From the NCBI GenBank assembly GCA_965649765.1, contig OZ287753.1, positions 65,100,001 through 65,164,000 of the forward strand: DNA of 64,000 nt. Direction: 5' to 3'. This document shows, piece after piece, positions 53,912-64,000 of the stretch (position 1 is the first letter of the stretch; each line of letters starts with the position of its first letter). The notes beneath the pieces were generated by a model. The model saw only the letters and a list, made by a program, of their open reading frames with translations, did no database searches and was not told where the DNA came from. Both the position numbers and the translations under genes were made by a program. This DNA is from Bispira polyomma. Its lineage: Eukaryota.

Positions 53912-56643
53912 AAAAGAAAATAGTAGATTAGAATAAAGTATTAAATCCCACTGTGTTTATGTTGCCGTCTATAATTCCTGTTGGGGTGGGGGGACTGACA
54001 GGCACTACTTCAAATTAAAAATAAAAACTGTTTTTTTTTTAGATGCAAATGTATGGGATATTAACTCCAATCAGTAAGAGTTACATTTTATGTAAAAACA
54101 GTGTATTCCTTTTTTGTAATTTTTAATATGTTAATAATGACAAATTGTTTTAAAAGTGCTCATTTACCTACACACCTAGACCTACACACCTTGCACCTGA
54201 GGATACAATGACTCTTTAATTAAACTCTGACTACACTGAATATAGAGTCAAATACCTTTAGGTAGAACTGTGTACTCTAAGTGGAATTAACTGTTAAGTA
54301 AAAGTAATCTTAATGTCCCATTGCTGTATTTTCTATTAATATTTACACTGTTCAGTAGAATTTATGTGAAGTGACCAACATTTTAAGGTCCATCCACATT
54401 CCATTTATCAGGGTTACACTGTATTTTGACTGGGATCCTGTGAAGACCAAATATTGTTATTGTTTCAGACCCCTTTGAGGTCACCTGTCAGATTGTCATC
54501 AAGAGGATTGGTGGCGACTGGCCGCGTCTCTACAGAGCCTTGCCATTTTCTCCAGGCAGAGGTCACAGCACTACCGACAAGGACATCACCGAGTTAGCCA
54601 TGTTAGAACAGAGGATAGGACCCAGAGAGGTGGCCAAGAAATGTCTGGATAGGTGGAGAAGGTAAGGGGTCAAACCTGGGTCAATTGGTGAGGTGGCCAA
54701 GAAATGTCTGGATATATGAAGAAGGTTAGAGGTCAAACCAGGGTCAATTAGAGAGGTGGCCAGGAAATGTCTGGATATATGGAGAAGTTAAGGGGGTCAA
54801 ACCAGGTCAATTAGGGAGGTTAGGGAGTTGGTCGATTGACCAGAAGGACCACCAGTTTAACTTCTGATAGGAACCAGGGAGGTGGCCAAGAAATGTCTGG
54901 ATAGGTTTAGAAGGTAAGGGGTCAAACCTGGGTCAATCGGTGAGGTGGCCAAGAAATGGCTGAATAGGTGGAGGAGGTAAGTGGTCAAAACAGAGTCCAT
55001 TAGGAAGGTTGGGGAGTTGACCTGGTGAGCAGATGGTCCCCACTTCATCTCTTCATAGGACCCAGCAAAGTGACTGAGAAATCTCTGGATAGATGGAAAA
55101 TGTAAGGGGGAAGAGGGTGTATGACCATCTTTACCAAAGATAATAAACTTAAACTCATGCTTAAACTGAAATACCACATGTACAGATTGGAAAAACATTT
55201 ATTTTATTAGAGCTTTCAACAAGGAACTTGAATATATAATCAGATTTTAAATATCTTTCTTATACATAAAAATACAGAAGGACGGAATATTGTCAGTTTA
55301 CGACCTTTGATAACCACTGTTAACCCTGTGGTGGTCTCCATTAGGGAGGTTAGAGGAGTTGATCTGGTGATCAGGAGGTCCCCAGTTCAACTCCCGATGA
55401 AGGCAACAGGGAGGGTGTCCAAGAAATGCTTGAACAGGTGGATTAGGTACAAGATAAAATAGTACCTTTATTTATCATTGAAACATTTTATACTTAAACT
55501 CAATCAACACATATCCTGCATAGACCTCTATTATCTGAATATTCAATTTTATGATCTCAATTTCAATCTCCTCAGAAAATTTTTTATAAGAGTTTAATTA
55601 ATATTCTGTAACTTGCATCTGTTTCTGATAATAAACATCACATGGTACTGATAAAACAAAATGGGCAGTCTAGAGTATTATGAACCAACCGATATAATGA
55701 ATGCCCATGTGTGTACACTGTATTGCCTTGTCATACATTGTAAAAATGGGCAAACAAACTCACTCAGGACCTAGGTTTGAGCCAAGTCTGTGGCTCCCAG
55801 GTACAGGCAGATACATAGTGGCTCGGCTAACTTCCTGAAATGATGATCTGCTGTAACGGTCATTCTTATCACCAGTGAGAGGCTGAAGAACCTTGGGAAT
55901 GTTGACAAATTGTCATCCTTCAGGAAAGTCAGGGGAATGGCAGTTACTGGTGTAGGTAGGCTGTACTTGGGCAGTTAATTAGCACTTAAACTTGAATACC
56001 ACCTAAACATAGATAAATGTGCTGAGTATATGAATATATGTGACACGCAGTTTGTAGTCCACTAATTGTATCAGTGACACACAGTGTGTAGTCCACCTAT
56101 TTTATCAGTGACACACAGTTTGTAGTCCACCTATTTTATCAGTGACACACAGTTTGTAGTCCACCTATTTTATCAGTGACACAGTTTGTAGTCCACCTAT
56201 TGTATCAGTGATACACAGTTTGTAGTCCACCTATTTTATCAGTGACACACAGTTTGTAGTCCACCTATTGTATCAGTGACACACAGTTTGTAGTCCACCT
56301 ATTTTATCAGTGACACACAGTTTGTACTCTACCTATTGTATCAGTGACACACAGTTTGTAGACTACCTATTTAATCAGTGACACACAGTGTATAGTCCAT
56401 GCTGCTTTCAGATTCCACACCAGAGCTAAAGCGTCTGACCTGCTGGAAGCTCTTCAGAAGATCAGGAGGCGTGACCTGGTCAGTGTGATTGACAGGATGT
56501 TGGACCCTCAGAAGTATGTGGAGCCGGATCTTTTCAGTGGTCTAGATGACAGGACTGAACCCATTGTAGAGGACTATCTGATACCTTGTCTACGGGAGGT
56601 GGAGAGGTACGATAGACTCAAAGCAGCAGGAAGGATCTCATGA
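41255..56643 (+). CDS. Helical/coiled-coil protein with C-terminal death domain (~597 aa); exons 41255-41444, 43055-43688, 46196-46253, 48101-48370, 51639-51855, 54469-54661, 56412-56643
   Basis: All six introns are GT-AG with matching phases (1,2,0,0,1,2); 1794 nt total, open to TGA. Exons 6-7 give IVIKRIGGDWPRLYRAL..DITEL..EVAKKCLDRWRR..AKASDLLEALQKIRRRDLVSVI, a death-domain signature. The start codon is uncertain and further 5' exons are possible. Confidence 0.85.
41441..42120 (+). repeat. 20-bp minisatellite made of the exon-1 splice donor (~33 copies)
   Basis: Unit GGAGGTGAGTCAAACAGTGG starting at the true donor GGAG|GTGAGTCA. Confidence 0.95.
42340..42805. repeat. 31-bp minisatellite (~15 copies) in intron 1
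   Basis: Unit GTATTGTAACTGGGTAATAAGGGCAGGTTTT. Confidence 0.95.
43720..44110 (-). mobile_element. L2/CR1-type LINE 3' fragment
   Basis: Minus strand reads APEYI..TRSSEKLTISKSKRETFGGRAISVAV..PKDIK..DSFKSKLRTYLF; degenerate. Confidence 0.55.
46300..46915 (-). mobile_element. CR1/L2-type LINE 3' end, antisense in intron 3
   Basis: ALVSSHLDYCNSLLYG..KLQSIQN..HWLPIHYRILFK, with an (ATTGT)n tail. Confidence 0.85.
46957..47196. mobile_element. MITE; related copy at ~30780-31020
   Basis: TIRs GGGACTCATTTTACAAAAGGTCTTA / TAAGACCTTTTGTGAATATGGGCCC. Confidence 0.65.
48747..50224 (+). mobile_element. Non-autonomous Helentron-type element (HINE/pearl-like) with ~147-bp tandem repeats
   Basis: 5' hairpin GTATCCACCGGAG..CTCCGGTGGATAC, a (GCC)n microsatellite and ~6 repeats of 143-147 bp. 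The subterminal IR CTGGTGGGTACAAAT matches the 5' end. 3' hairpin ATCGGTTCTCCGAT and terminal CTAGTT. Confidence 0.85.
51438..51593. mobile_element. Short MITE just upstream of exon 5; longer relative at 58646-58874
   Basis: TIRs GTAAGGAATCTGAAATT / AATTTGAGATTCCTTAC, with shared AAATTCGCCAC subrepeats. Confidence 0.7.
51853..52830 (+). repeat. 32-bp minisatellite made of the exon-5 splice donor (~30 copies)
   Basis: Unit GGTGAGAAGGTGTCTATACACTGTAAAAATAG; the first unit is the true donor AGG|GTAAGAAGCTGTCTATACAC. Confidence 0.95.
52880..53062. mobile_element. Tc1/mariner-pogo-type MITE; another at 56727-56910
   Basis: TA-flanked ends TACGGTCAAACCT..TTTCACTGTA with repeated AGACCAC motifs. 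Confidence 0.55.
53858..53906. repeat. (TA)n microsatellite
   Basis: Direct observation. Confidence 0.95.
54627..55430 (+). repeat. 63-bp-period repeats of the exon-6 3' end plus donor, interleaved with SINE-head-like pieces
   Basis: GAGGTGGCCAAGAAATGTCTGGATA at 54627 (exon), 54690, 54753, 54879 and 54942; decayed copies near 55070 and 55412. Confidence 0.9.
56035..56411 (+). repeat. 34-bp minisatellite (~11 copies) running into the exon-7 acceptor
   Basis: Unit CAGTGACACACAGTTTGTAGTCCACCTATTTTAT; the last unit ends in the true acceptor GCTTTCAG. Confidence 0.92.
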
Positions 56644-58239
56644 CTCACTTAGGAAGCTTTCTGAGCCAGTTTATACCAGAAACTTCTAGTATCCAAACTT
56701 ATAGCATCTGAATATTCAATTTTATATACAGTTGAACCCCTTTTAAGTGGTATCTCAAGGGACCAGAAGAAATACCTCTACATAAGCAGGATTTCTATAT
56801 AACAAGGTAGATTTTATTAAGAAAACGCCTTAGTGGGACTACAGCTTTTTCTCGACATAAAAGGTGAAATCGACTTCACAGAGTTCTACTTAAATGGGAC
56901 TTTGACTGTACTCATTTTCACTTGTCAAATTGTTTGTGTTTCCCTATTGTTTGTACTAAACTGCCTCTTCTAGTTTTATTAAACTTCTGTTATTCGAAGC
57001 TAAAAACACATTTCTTTCTCACCATGTTTGGATAATAAAGGTTCTAATGTATTAATCTCTTAAGCATCAATACAAGTGGAAATTTTTAAGTTTGTCCAAT
57101 AGAACAGAATGAACTATTTCACTGGTTCTGCTTTTCTTGATGAATCAGCCTGTATTTAACAATTTATTTTCATAATTTTTCATCTTGTTTATTATTATTG
57201 TGGTGGTGAAAACACTGGGTTTTTTCTATAACCAACAAGTGGTATTTGTAAATATAACAGTAGTGTGTCATTCGGAGAGATAGAGAGTTAATACAATTAT
57301 ATTCTTCATCTGTTCAGTCAATATGGAGAACAGGGGTTTTACTATACTGGATAACGAGTGATTCAACCACATCTAGCTTCTCATCTGACCAACAAGCACA
57401 TTGTCTAACAACAGTTTAGTGTATTTGTAAGTTGTTACCTTGGTTACATCCAAACAAAATGTTTATGTACAAATATTATGAAAGACTTGTTCTCTGGCCC
57501 TTTTGTTTTGTATTTCTGTGTATTTTTGGACATTATTTATTGTATTGCCTGGGTTGGTTAATTTTATCTGTACAGATTACATTATGATTAAGATGCATTA
57601 TTAACTCATGAACATACGAAAACTGCACGAGTATATTACATGAACATGAACTATTTTGTGTGGTGTATAACTTATTACATAATTTGAAAAGTTTTTTTAA
57701 CCAGTAGATTTTAGGTTGTATTTATAGACCATGTCGATTTGTCCAAATGTAATGTGAACTTCTCTTTAACATTTCTAAAACAAAATGTACTTCTTTCCAA
57801 TAGGTCATTGTGTTAGGCAATTCTTTACAAAGATCCAGGATGAATCTTATATATTAGCATACTAATTGGGGTCTGCCTTAACATTTCTTTGAAAGTAAAA
57901 ATTGGAACTCTCCCAAATACTCCCCATATAATACCATTAAGAGTTAGGTAATATTCATATCCATACTCGGGGGGAAAACTGTGTCTCCAACTTGTAATCA
58001 TAATGCCCTCCCAAGAAGCGGTTATCACGGAAAGGCTCAATCTCTAAACCTAGCATTAAACTGAAGTTTTTTTTGTTTTAAGACTAAGCTTAGACTTTTT
58101 TAAATACCACCCTTAATGCTTGTTTAGAAAGATTTAAATAGCAGTTGCCATTTACATCTCTGAATACAATAGACTTATTTGCTATTGGCCTTTAATCTTT
58201 TGAGGTTTAATAGTTTATGTATATGTTGCGACAGAAACT

Positions 58240-58360
58240 CTAATTGGACAAGATTTGAAATTCTGTCGACAGAAACTCCAATCCTAGTTTATTTTTCAGT
58301 ATGTGCATGATTAATGAGGATTGGAGTTTCTGTCAACAGAATTTCAAATGTTGTCAACAA
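58240..58360. repeat. Inverted repeat with ~42-bp arms
   Basis: GACAAGATTTGAAATTCTGTCGACAGAAACTCCAATCCT ... AGGATTGGAGTTTCTGTCAACAGAATTTCAAATGTTGTC. Confidence 0.85.
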
Positions 58361-61300
58361 ACCTTAAAAAACTATATAAAATAAGTGACTTTAAATAATG
58401 TATCAGTGAATATGGAAGGAAAATGAATATATTTATATTATATAAAATTAATTAATTTAATTAATGTTTCAGTGACTATGGGAGAAAAAATGAAGCATAT
58501 CAGATAAACTCTCAAAAAATGTTGTGCCCATGTTTTATAAATACAATTTTATTATGTAACAAATGTTCAAACACATTTTGATCATATCAATGTGTTAATA
58601 CAAACATGAAAAGTGACGAAAATGCTGGACTGCTGGAAATATGGAGAGTAAGGAATCTAAAATTCGCCACTCTATCTGAAATTCGCCACCTCTAAAATAT
58701 TGTTTTGGGCAAAATTGTAGGCAACATTTGCTGAAATTGAGATTTTTGTGACTATTTTGCCGTACTTACCTAAAATCCAGTTATTTTTTTCACGCAGTTT
58801 TTATTGATGTGGCTTAAATTTTAAGGGTGGCAAATATTTCAGATACAAGTGGCGAATTATAGATTTCCCTACTCTACATAAGCCAGATTTTTTTTTTTGT
58901 GGCAAGTTTATTTGGTGCATTTAGTTACGTCATTAGCTTCGCAGGTTATTCTGATAGAGTGGAGAAAAAGAGTGAAAACACAATGTTCTAAAACAAGCCA
59001 CATTTATTAGAGAGTAACAGTAAAAGCATAATGTCTTCATACAATACACATGTCTCTAAATTAGCTAACAAGTGGGTTGGAACATATCTCAAGTCAAGCT
59101 ACATTCATTTTTGTGACAAAACTTTCTCTTTCGTAGAAATAAGGAAGGAAGCATTTCTACCTATGATGTATCATTTAACAATAATTTTATAAATTGCCAC
59201 TTTTTGAAGTTACTGGTAAATGCAGACCTTCCTTATGAGTTATTGAATCATTTTAAAACATTTCATGTAACTTTATTTTTAAGTGAAATGTGTTTTCGGG
59301 ATGGTGACACTGTTGATGGTGAAATAATCAAATACTTGTATAGTGGAACTCTTAATTCTATTATTTTACACCAAATTTAAATCTTCTGTTGCAAGCATAT
59401 TTAGTATCTAACGAGTCTTATAAAGCCTTCTACATAGAAAAATGTTCTGCTGTTCAAATCAAAATCAAAACAGTGTACGTAACACAGTCTTAAAATGTCA
59501 AAGGAATAAGCCAAACAATCTCTCTTAGGCTAGAATGCAGTTTGCCGGTACCAATATGACATCACTAACTCTACTTCCAAATTTTAACAAGGTGTTTGTT
59601 ATGCTTTGCCACCATCTTTTACTAAACTTTTATAAACTATTTATTTCTCACTATTATAAACTATCAATAAATGCTTAATTTTATCTTATTTGTGTAATAT
59701 TTGCTACAAAGAGGACAATTTTAAGCTAGATTCTTTTGACCATTTTAAAAATTTGTTTATAAACAACCATAATTGCTCCCTCACTTCTAACTGGACTGGC
59801 TTGTCTTACCATTTCTGATTGGTTCAAGAGTACGGTAAAATCTAGGACTACAACGTCAGAACAGCCGAGAACGTTTTCCTCTATAATGTTTCTTACGTCT
59901 AGTTAACTAGCTCCCCACAATCTAGCAATGTAATTTAATATATGGCAAAATGTAGGTTAAAAATTGTAATTTGTCATGTTAGAATTAGAATAACCCATTC
60001 CAAAGCAGGGGATTGCAGAGGAATTTTACCACGATTGGAGGCGTAGTAACACAAAGGTGAAGGCCATATATATATATGTCTACAATTTGTCCTTATGGCT
60101 TATTTCCTAATTATACAATCCTTCTATTATCTAAATATTCCATTCAATGAATTCAATTTCATTTCTCCCAAATTTTTCCTTATTATTATTTACCAAAATG
60201 CATCCTAATTTTTTATGTAACTCGTATTATGTGAACAAAAGAATTATAGAGGTTCCACTGTACAAGTGTTGTCACCTTTTGATACACCTAAATTGCCAAT
60301 TGGTAAGAGAACTGTAGACATACCCACATTATCATAAAAAGGATGACAGATTTCTTACAATTTGCAAAATAAAAATGAAAGTATGCTGATGTAAATATTG
60401 ACTTTACAAGAGACAAAAAAAGACTTAATTTTTTTCATAGATGTTAAAATTGCCTATCATGTGTTTTATTCTTTTTCTTAATTTCATTGAACGTTGACAT
60501 ATAAATGTCGTTCAGTGGTGGACAATAAATAAATTTATATATATACAGTTATACACCTTTAAATGTAAAATTTTTCCACACATGAAAAAGAAATCTATTT
60601 AACAGATTTCTGCGTAAAGTGTTTTGACTACATATAAAAATATTTCAAGAGACACAGAAAATATTTTTATAAGTATTACAACGGAAGTTAGTAATTGTAC
60701 ACATGAAAAAGGATATACTAGTATTTTTTTTATGTCACAAATTTCAGTGTTTGTTTGTTTGTATAAATCTTTCAGGTCTGTTGCAAGTCATTTCAGCATT
60801 TACACATACATTTTGATTTTGTGAATGAAATGCATTTTCTTACCCAAGTGAATTTACTGTTATGTTATGAAAACCCTGCAATAAACGACTTTTCAAAATA
60901 AATATTTGTTCTGATTTCACGAGATAAAACCTAAATGACCAAAATTGACTAAAAAATATATTATATAAAACTGCAAAAAACCTTTATTCAATGTAAGTAA
61001 ACAAAGACAGATTTCTAGTTAAAGTAGAACCTCTAAAAACTTTGTTCAAAATAAGTAAACAAACATAGATTTCTAATTACAGTGGAACCTCTGTTATCTG
61101 AATATGTTGGAAGAGTGACATCATTTTGTTTGGATAACAGAAAGGTAACAAACTAGAAGGGCTACACAGGTGGTGCTGACTTTAGCCTACACTTGGCCAC
61201 TCAGTAAAATCAATACAAAGTCCATGTAAATTTCGAAGTGGCTGAGACCAAGGGTAGGATGAAGCCAGCGCCACCCGTGTAATTTAATAGAAAACATTTT

Positions 61301-61387
61301 TTTTTTGTAAATTTGGGAGAATGGAAAAGTGTTCATAAAATGGAATTGTTTGGAGATAGAGATTCTACTGTAATATATATATATATA

Positions 61388-61572
61388 CAGTAGAACCTCT
61401 ATTTTATGGACATCTTAGGAGTTTGAGAATTTGTTTGGATAATAGAATATCTGTAAAATAGAAGTGGGATTTTAGTATAAAACAACAGCATAAATACATT
61501 TGGGAGAGTGAAATTGAATTTGTAAAATCGAATATTCAGATAATAGAGGGTCGGATAATAGAGGTTCTACTG
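61388..61572. mobile_element. Abundant TA-flanked MITE family (other copies or parts near 7400-7580, 18893, 29444, 47880, 55520, 57040, 60120-60260, 61080-61370, 63988)
   Basis: TIRs CAGTAGAACCTCTATT / AATAGAGGTTCTACTG with TA flanks. Confidence 0.85.
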
Positions 61573-62384
61573 TATGTGTGAAATGTATGGAATGTCTAAC
61601 ACTTAAAACACTAGTAAAAACTATGTCAATAATACACATACACATTGCCATAGAACAGTGACCACTTCTTGTAACTAGTATGAGACCATCCACTAGACAT
61701 ACTTAAACATTTAAAAGTATATAACACACAACCAATGTAGGCACAGATACAGATAGCAATATATATATTGACAACACAAAGAATAGTAGATAAAAACATT
61801 AAAATGACTAGCCAATAATTTAACAAAGTTCAACAAGGACTGACAACATTAAGAAGACGAGACTAGAATTATATGAACCCCGAATGGCATCCTCTGCCTA
61901 TGTACTACTCCACACAGTTTGCTATATATAAACCCTGGAAGAGCTTCCTATCTTAATATATTGTATTCCTATTTTACTTCTGTTTAGGGCTAAATTCAAG
62001 AAATCACTGGAGAAGACACAGATATACTGGATGTAGTTCTCAAAATAAGCGACCAATTTATATTCTGGCACATCAAATATCATGAAATTAGGGTTGGGTC
62101 CCCATATTTACTGTCACAGGTTTGGGGTTTAGTGTTCTTATTAAACAGGTTTAGTGTTTATAATATTGTTCAACACTAACATTTTATTGTATTCCTGCAC
62201 CAGTGATCATTTAATATAGACAGGATATTGTCTTTTTACTATTATTTTCAGATTTGTCTCTGGATTTTTGCCTTAGAGATTGTTTTCAGTGCATTAGGTG
62301 CTACAAAAGCGATTACATTATATTAGATCACATAAACAAAGTATGCATAAGCTAAAATCCAACATGGCCGTGCCCTGTCCAGTG

Positions 62385-62778
62385 ACTTCTAGAATGGTTC
62401 CCCATATCCCCCTGACTTCTAGAATGTTTTCTATATCCCCTGACTTCTAGAATGGTTCCCTATTTTCCTATATCACAAAAGATCTAGAATGGTTCTCTAT
62501 TTCCCTCTATCACATAAGATCTTGAATGGTTTCCTATTTCCCTCCTAGCACATAATATCGATTTCCTATTTCCCTCTATCACCTAACATCTACAATGGTT
62601 TCCCTATTTCCGTCTTAACACACCACAATATCTATAATGATTCCCTATTTCCCACTATTACCCAACATCTTGAATGGTTCCCTATTTCTCTTTTAACTCA
62701 CAAGATCTAGAATAGTTCCCTATTTTCCCTCTATCACACAAGATCTAGACTGGTTCCCTATTTCCCTTTCATCACACT
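62385..62778. repeat. ~36-38-bp degenerate minisatellite abutting the CDR2-like stop codon (3' UTR)
   Basis: Unit approximately ATCTAGAATGGTTCCCTATTTCCCTCTATCACACAAG, ~11 copies. Confidence 0.9.
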
Positions 62779-62780
62779 GA

Positions 62781-63972
62781 TTAAGACATACTAGAAGTGC
62801 TGGTGTTTAGATGGTCACTATCATCCCCTGCGGCTTTCTGCAGTGTATCAAAGATCTCCTTGAAGAGCTTCTTGTACTCCGGTGGGCCTTTCTGAAAGTG
62901 TCCCTCTGTTGGGTCAGCAGGAGAGGTGAAGTCCAGACAAGAGCTCTTTCTCCAGGCAGTCTGTACCTCTTTACTGATGGTCAGTGTCTTGGGCCTTCTC
63001 CTGACCACCTCCTCATTCCCATTCAGCGTGTTAATACTACTCTGACTGCTCTGTGCCGAGGAATCCTTGGACTTCTGCTCGCGCTGGTTCTTGTTTTCTA
63101 TCAGCCTCTCGTAGTTTCTCACCAGTTTACGGTACTGCTCTTCCAGTTCCCCCAGTAATGTTGAGTCTGGATCAGGGATTTTAAGGGTACTATCCTCTTT
63201 CTCATTCTCTCCATCTCCCTCTCTCTCCTCCTCATCATCTGGACTCTCTACCCGTTGCTGTACCACAGCCAGAATATCACTGCAGCTCTCCAGGGTCGGA
63301 GTCACCACAGCCTCTAAGCCAATCTGGTTCAAAGATTCTCTGCTCCCGAAGGCACTACCACCACATTTCAACCGTACCACTTCCTTTCTGGGTAAGTCGT
63401 CTAAGTCGTGTTCTATCAGATCACTATCACCGATGTCACTGCCGGCCACCGAAGCCGCACGGGATGTACACTTGGCACACTTCACAGGATGATGTTGATG
63501 TGGTTGTTGTTGGTGTTGTGGCGGGTGTTGTTGTTGGGCAGATATCTCCTGCCTTAACTCCTCCTTCTTCAACAAGGCTTCTTCTAAATCCTTGATTTTA
63601 ATGATCAGATTCTTGTTGTCCCCCAGCGTGCTGTTCAGTTCCGTCTCAACGTCGATCCTCCTCTTCTGCTCCACAAAATACTGCATGTTCACCGTCCTCA
63701 CGGTGTCTCTTAGGTCTTTGATCTCTCTGCTGTTCGAGTCCTTCTTCTTCTGATCCCAGTGCTGGCTGATGGAGGGGAATCCCAGGTAGTCGTAGCTTCC
63801 TTTGGAGATTCCCTTGTATTCGACACTATCCTCCACCAGACTAGGCACACTCCAGGTCCTCTTGCTGTAGTCCTTGTCCTTTCTACTGGACTTCAGCTCT
63901 CTCTTCTGCTGTTCCAGCTTGGCCTGGAGCTCTTCACATCTGCTCTCCACGGACTCAATCGTCTCATTCAAA
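62781..63972 (-). CDS. CDR2: Terminal exon of a cerebellar degeneration-related protein 2-like (CDR2/CDR2L/centrocortin family) gene
   Basis: Acceptor tgttttag|T TTG AAT. LNETIESVESRCEELQ coiled coil, SLLGELEEQY-like STLLGELEEQYRKLV block and C-terminal PPEYKKLFKEIF, matching the conserved CDR2 C-terminal motif. Upstream exons lie outside the window. Confidence 0.85.
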
Positions 63973-64000
63973 CTAAAACATATATTACAGTAGAACCGTT

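Overview
AT-rich, repeat-dense animal genomic DNA. The SINE, Helentron-type and LINE repertoire suggests a mollusc or other lophotrochozoan (inference). Four host genes can be reconstructed from splice signals. (1) A two-exon secreted protein with 24 cysteines in two 12-Cys pacifastin/VWC-like repeats (5815-7380, +). (2) A two-exon class A neuropeptide-type GPCR whose DRY motif is split by an intron (25008-27205, +). (3) A seven-exon, about 597-aa helical/coiled-coil protein with a C-terminal death domain (41255-56643, +), only partly visible in the ORF track. (4) The last exon of a convergent CDR2/CDR2L-like gene (62781-63972, -). Mobile DNA includes an intron-containing DD35D pogo-type transposase with a PHD finger, a decayed Polinton/Maverick capsid module, Gypsy and CR1/L2 fragments, tRNA-derived SINEs, many MITEs and a Helentron-type element carrying ~147-bp repeats. 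Two observations stand out. First, minisatellites in the death-domain gene are tandem copies of its own splice donors and one acceptor, giving dozens of decoy splice sites. Second, a Harbinger-like TIR element carries the 3' end of a histone H2B gene with its stem-loop and downstream element, and a paralogous site lacking the element lies in the same window. All calls were made by eye; repeat boundaries and copy numbers are approximate.
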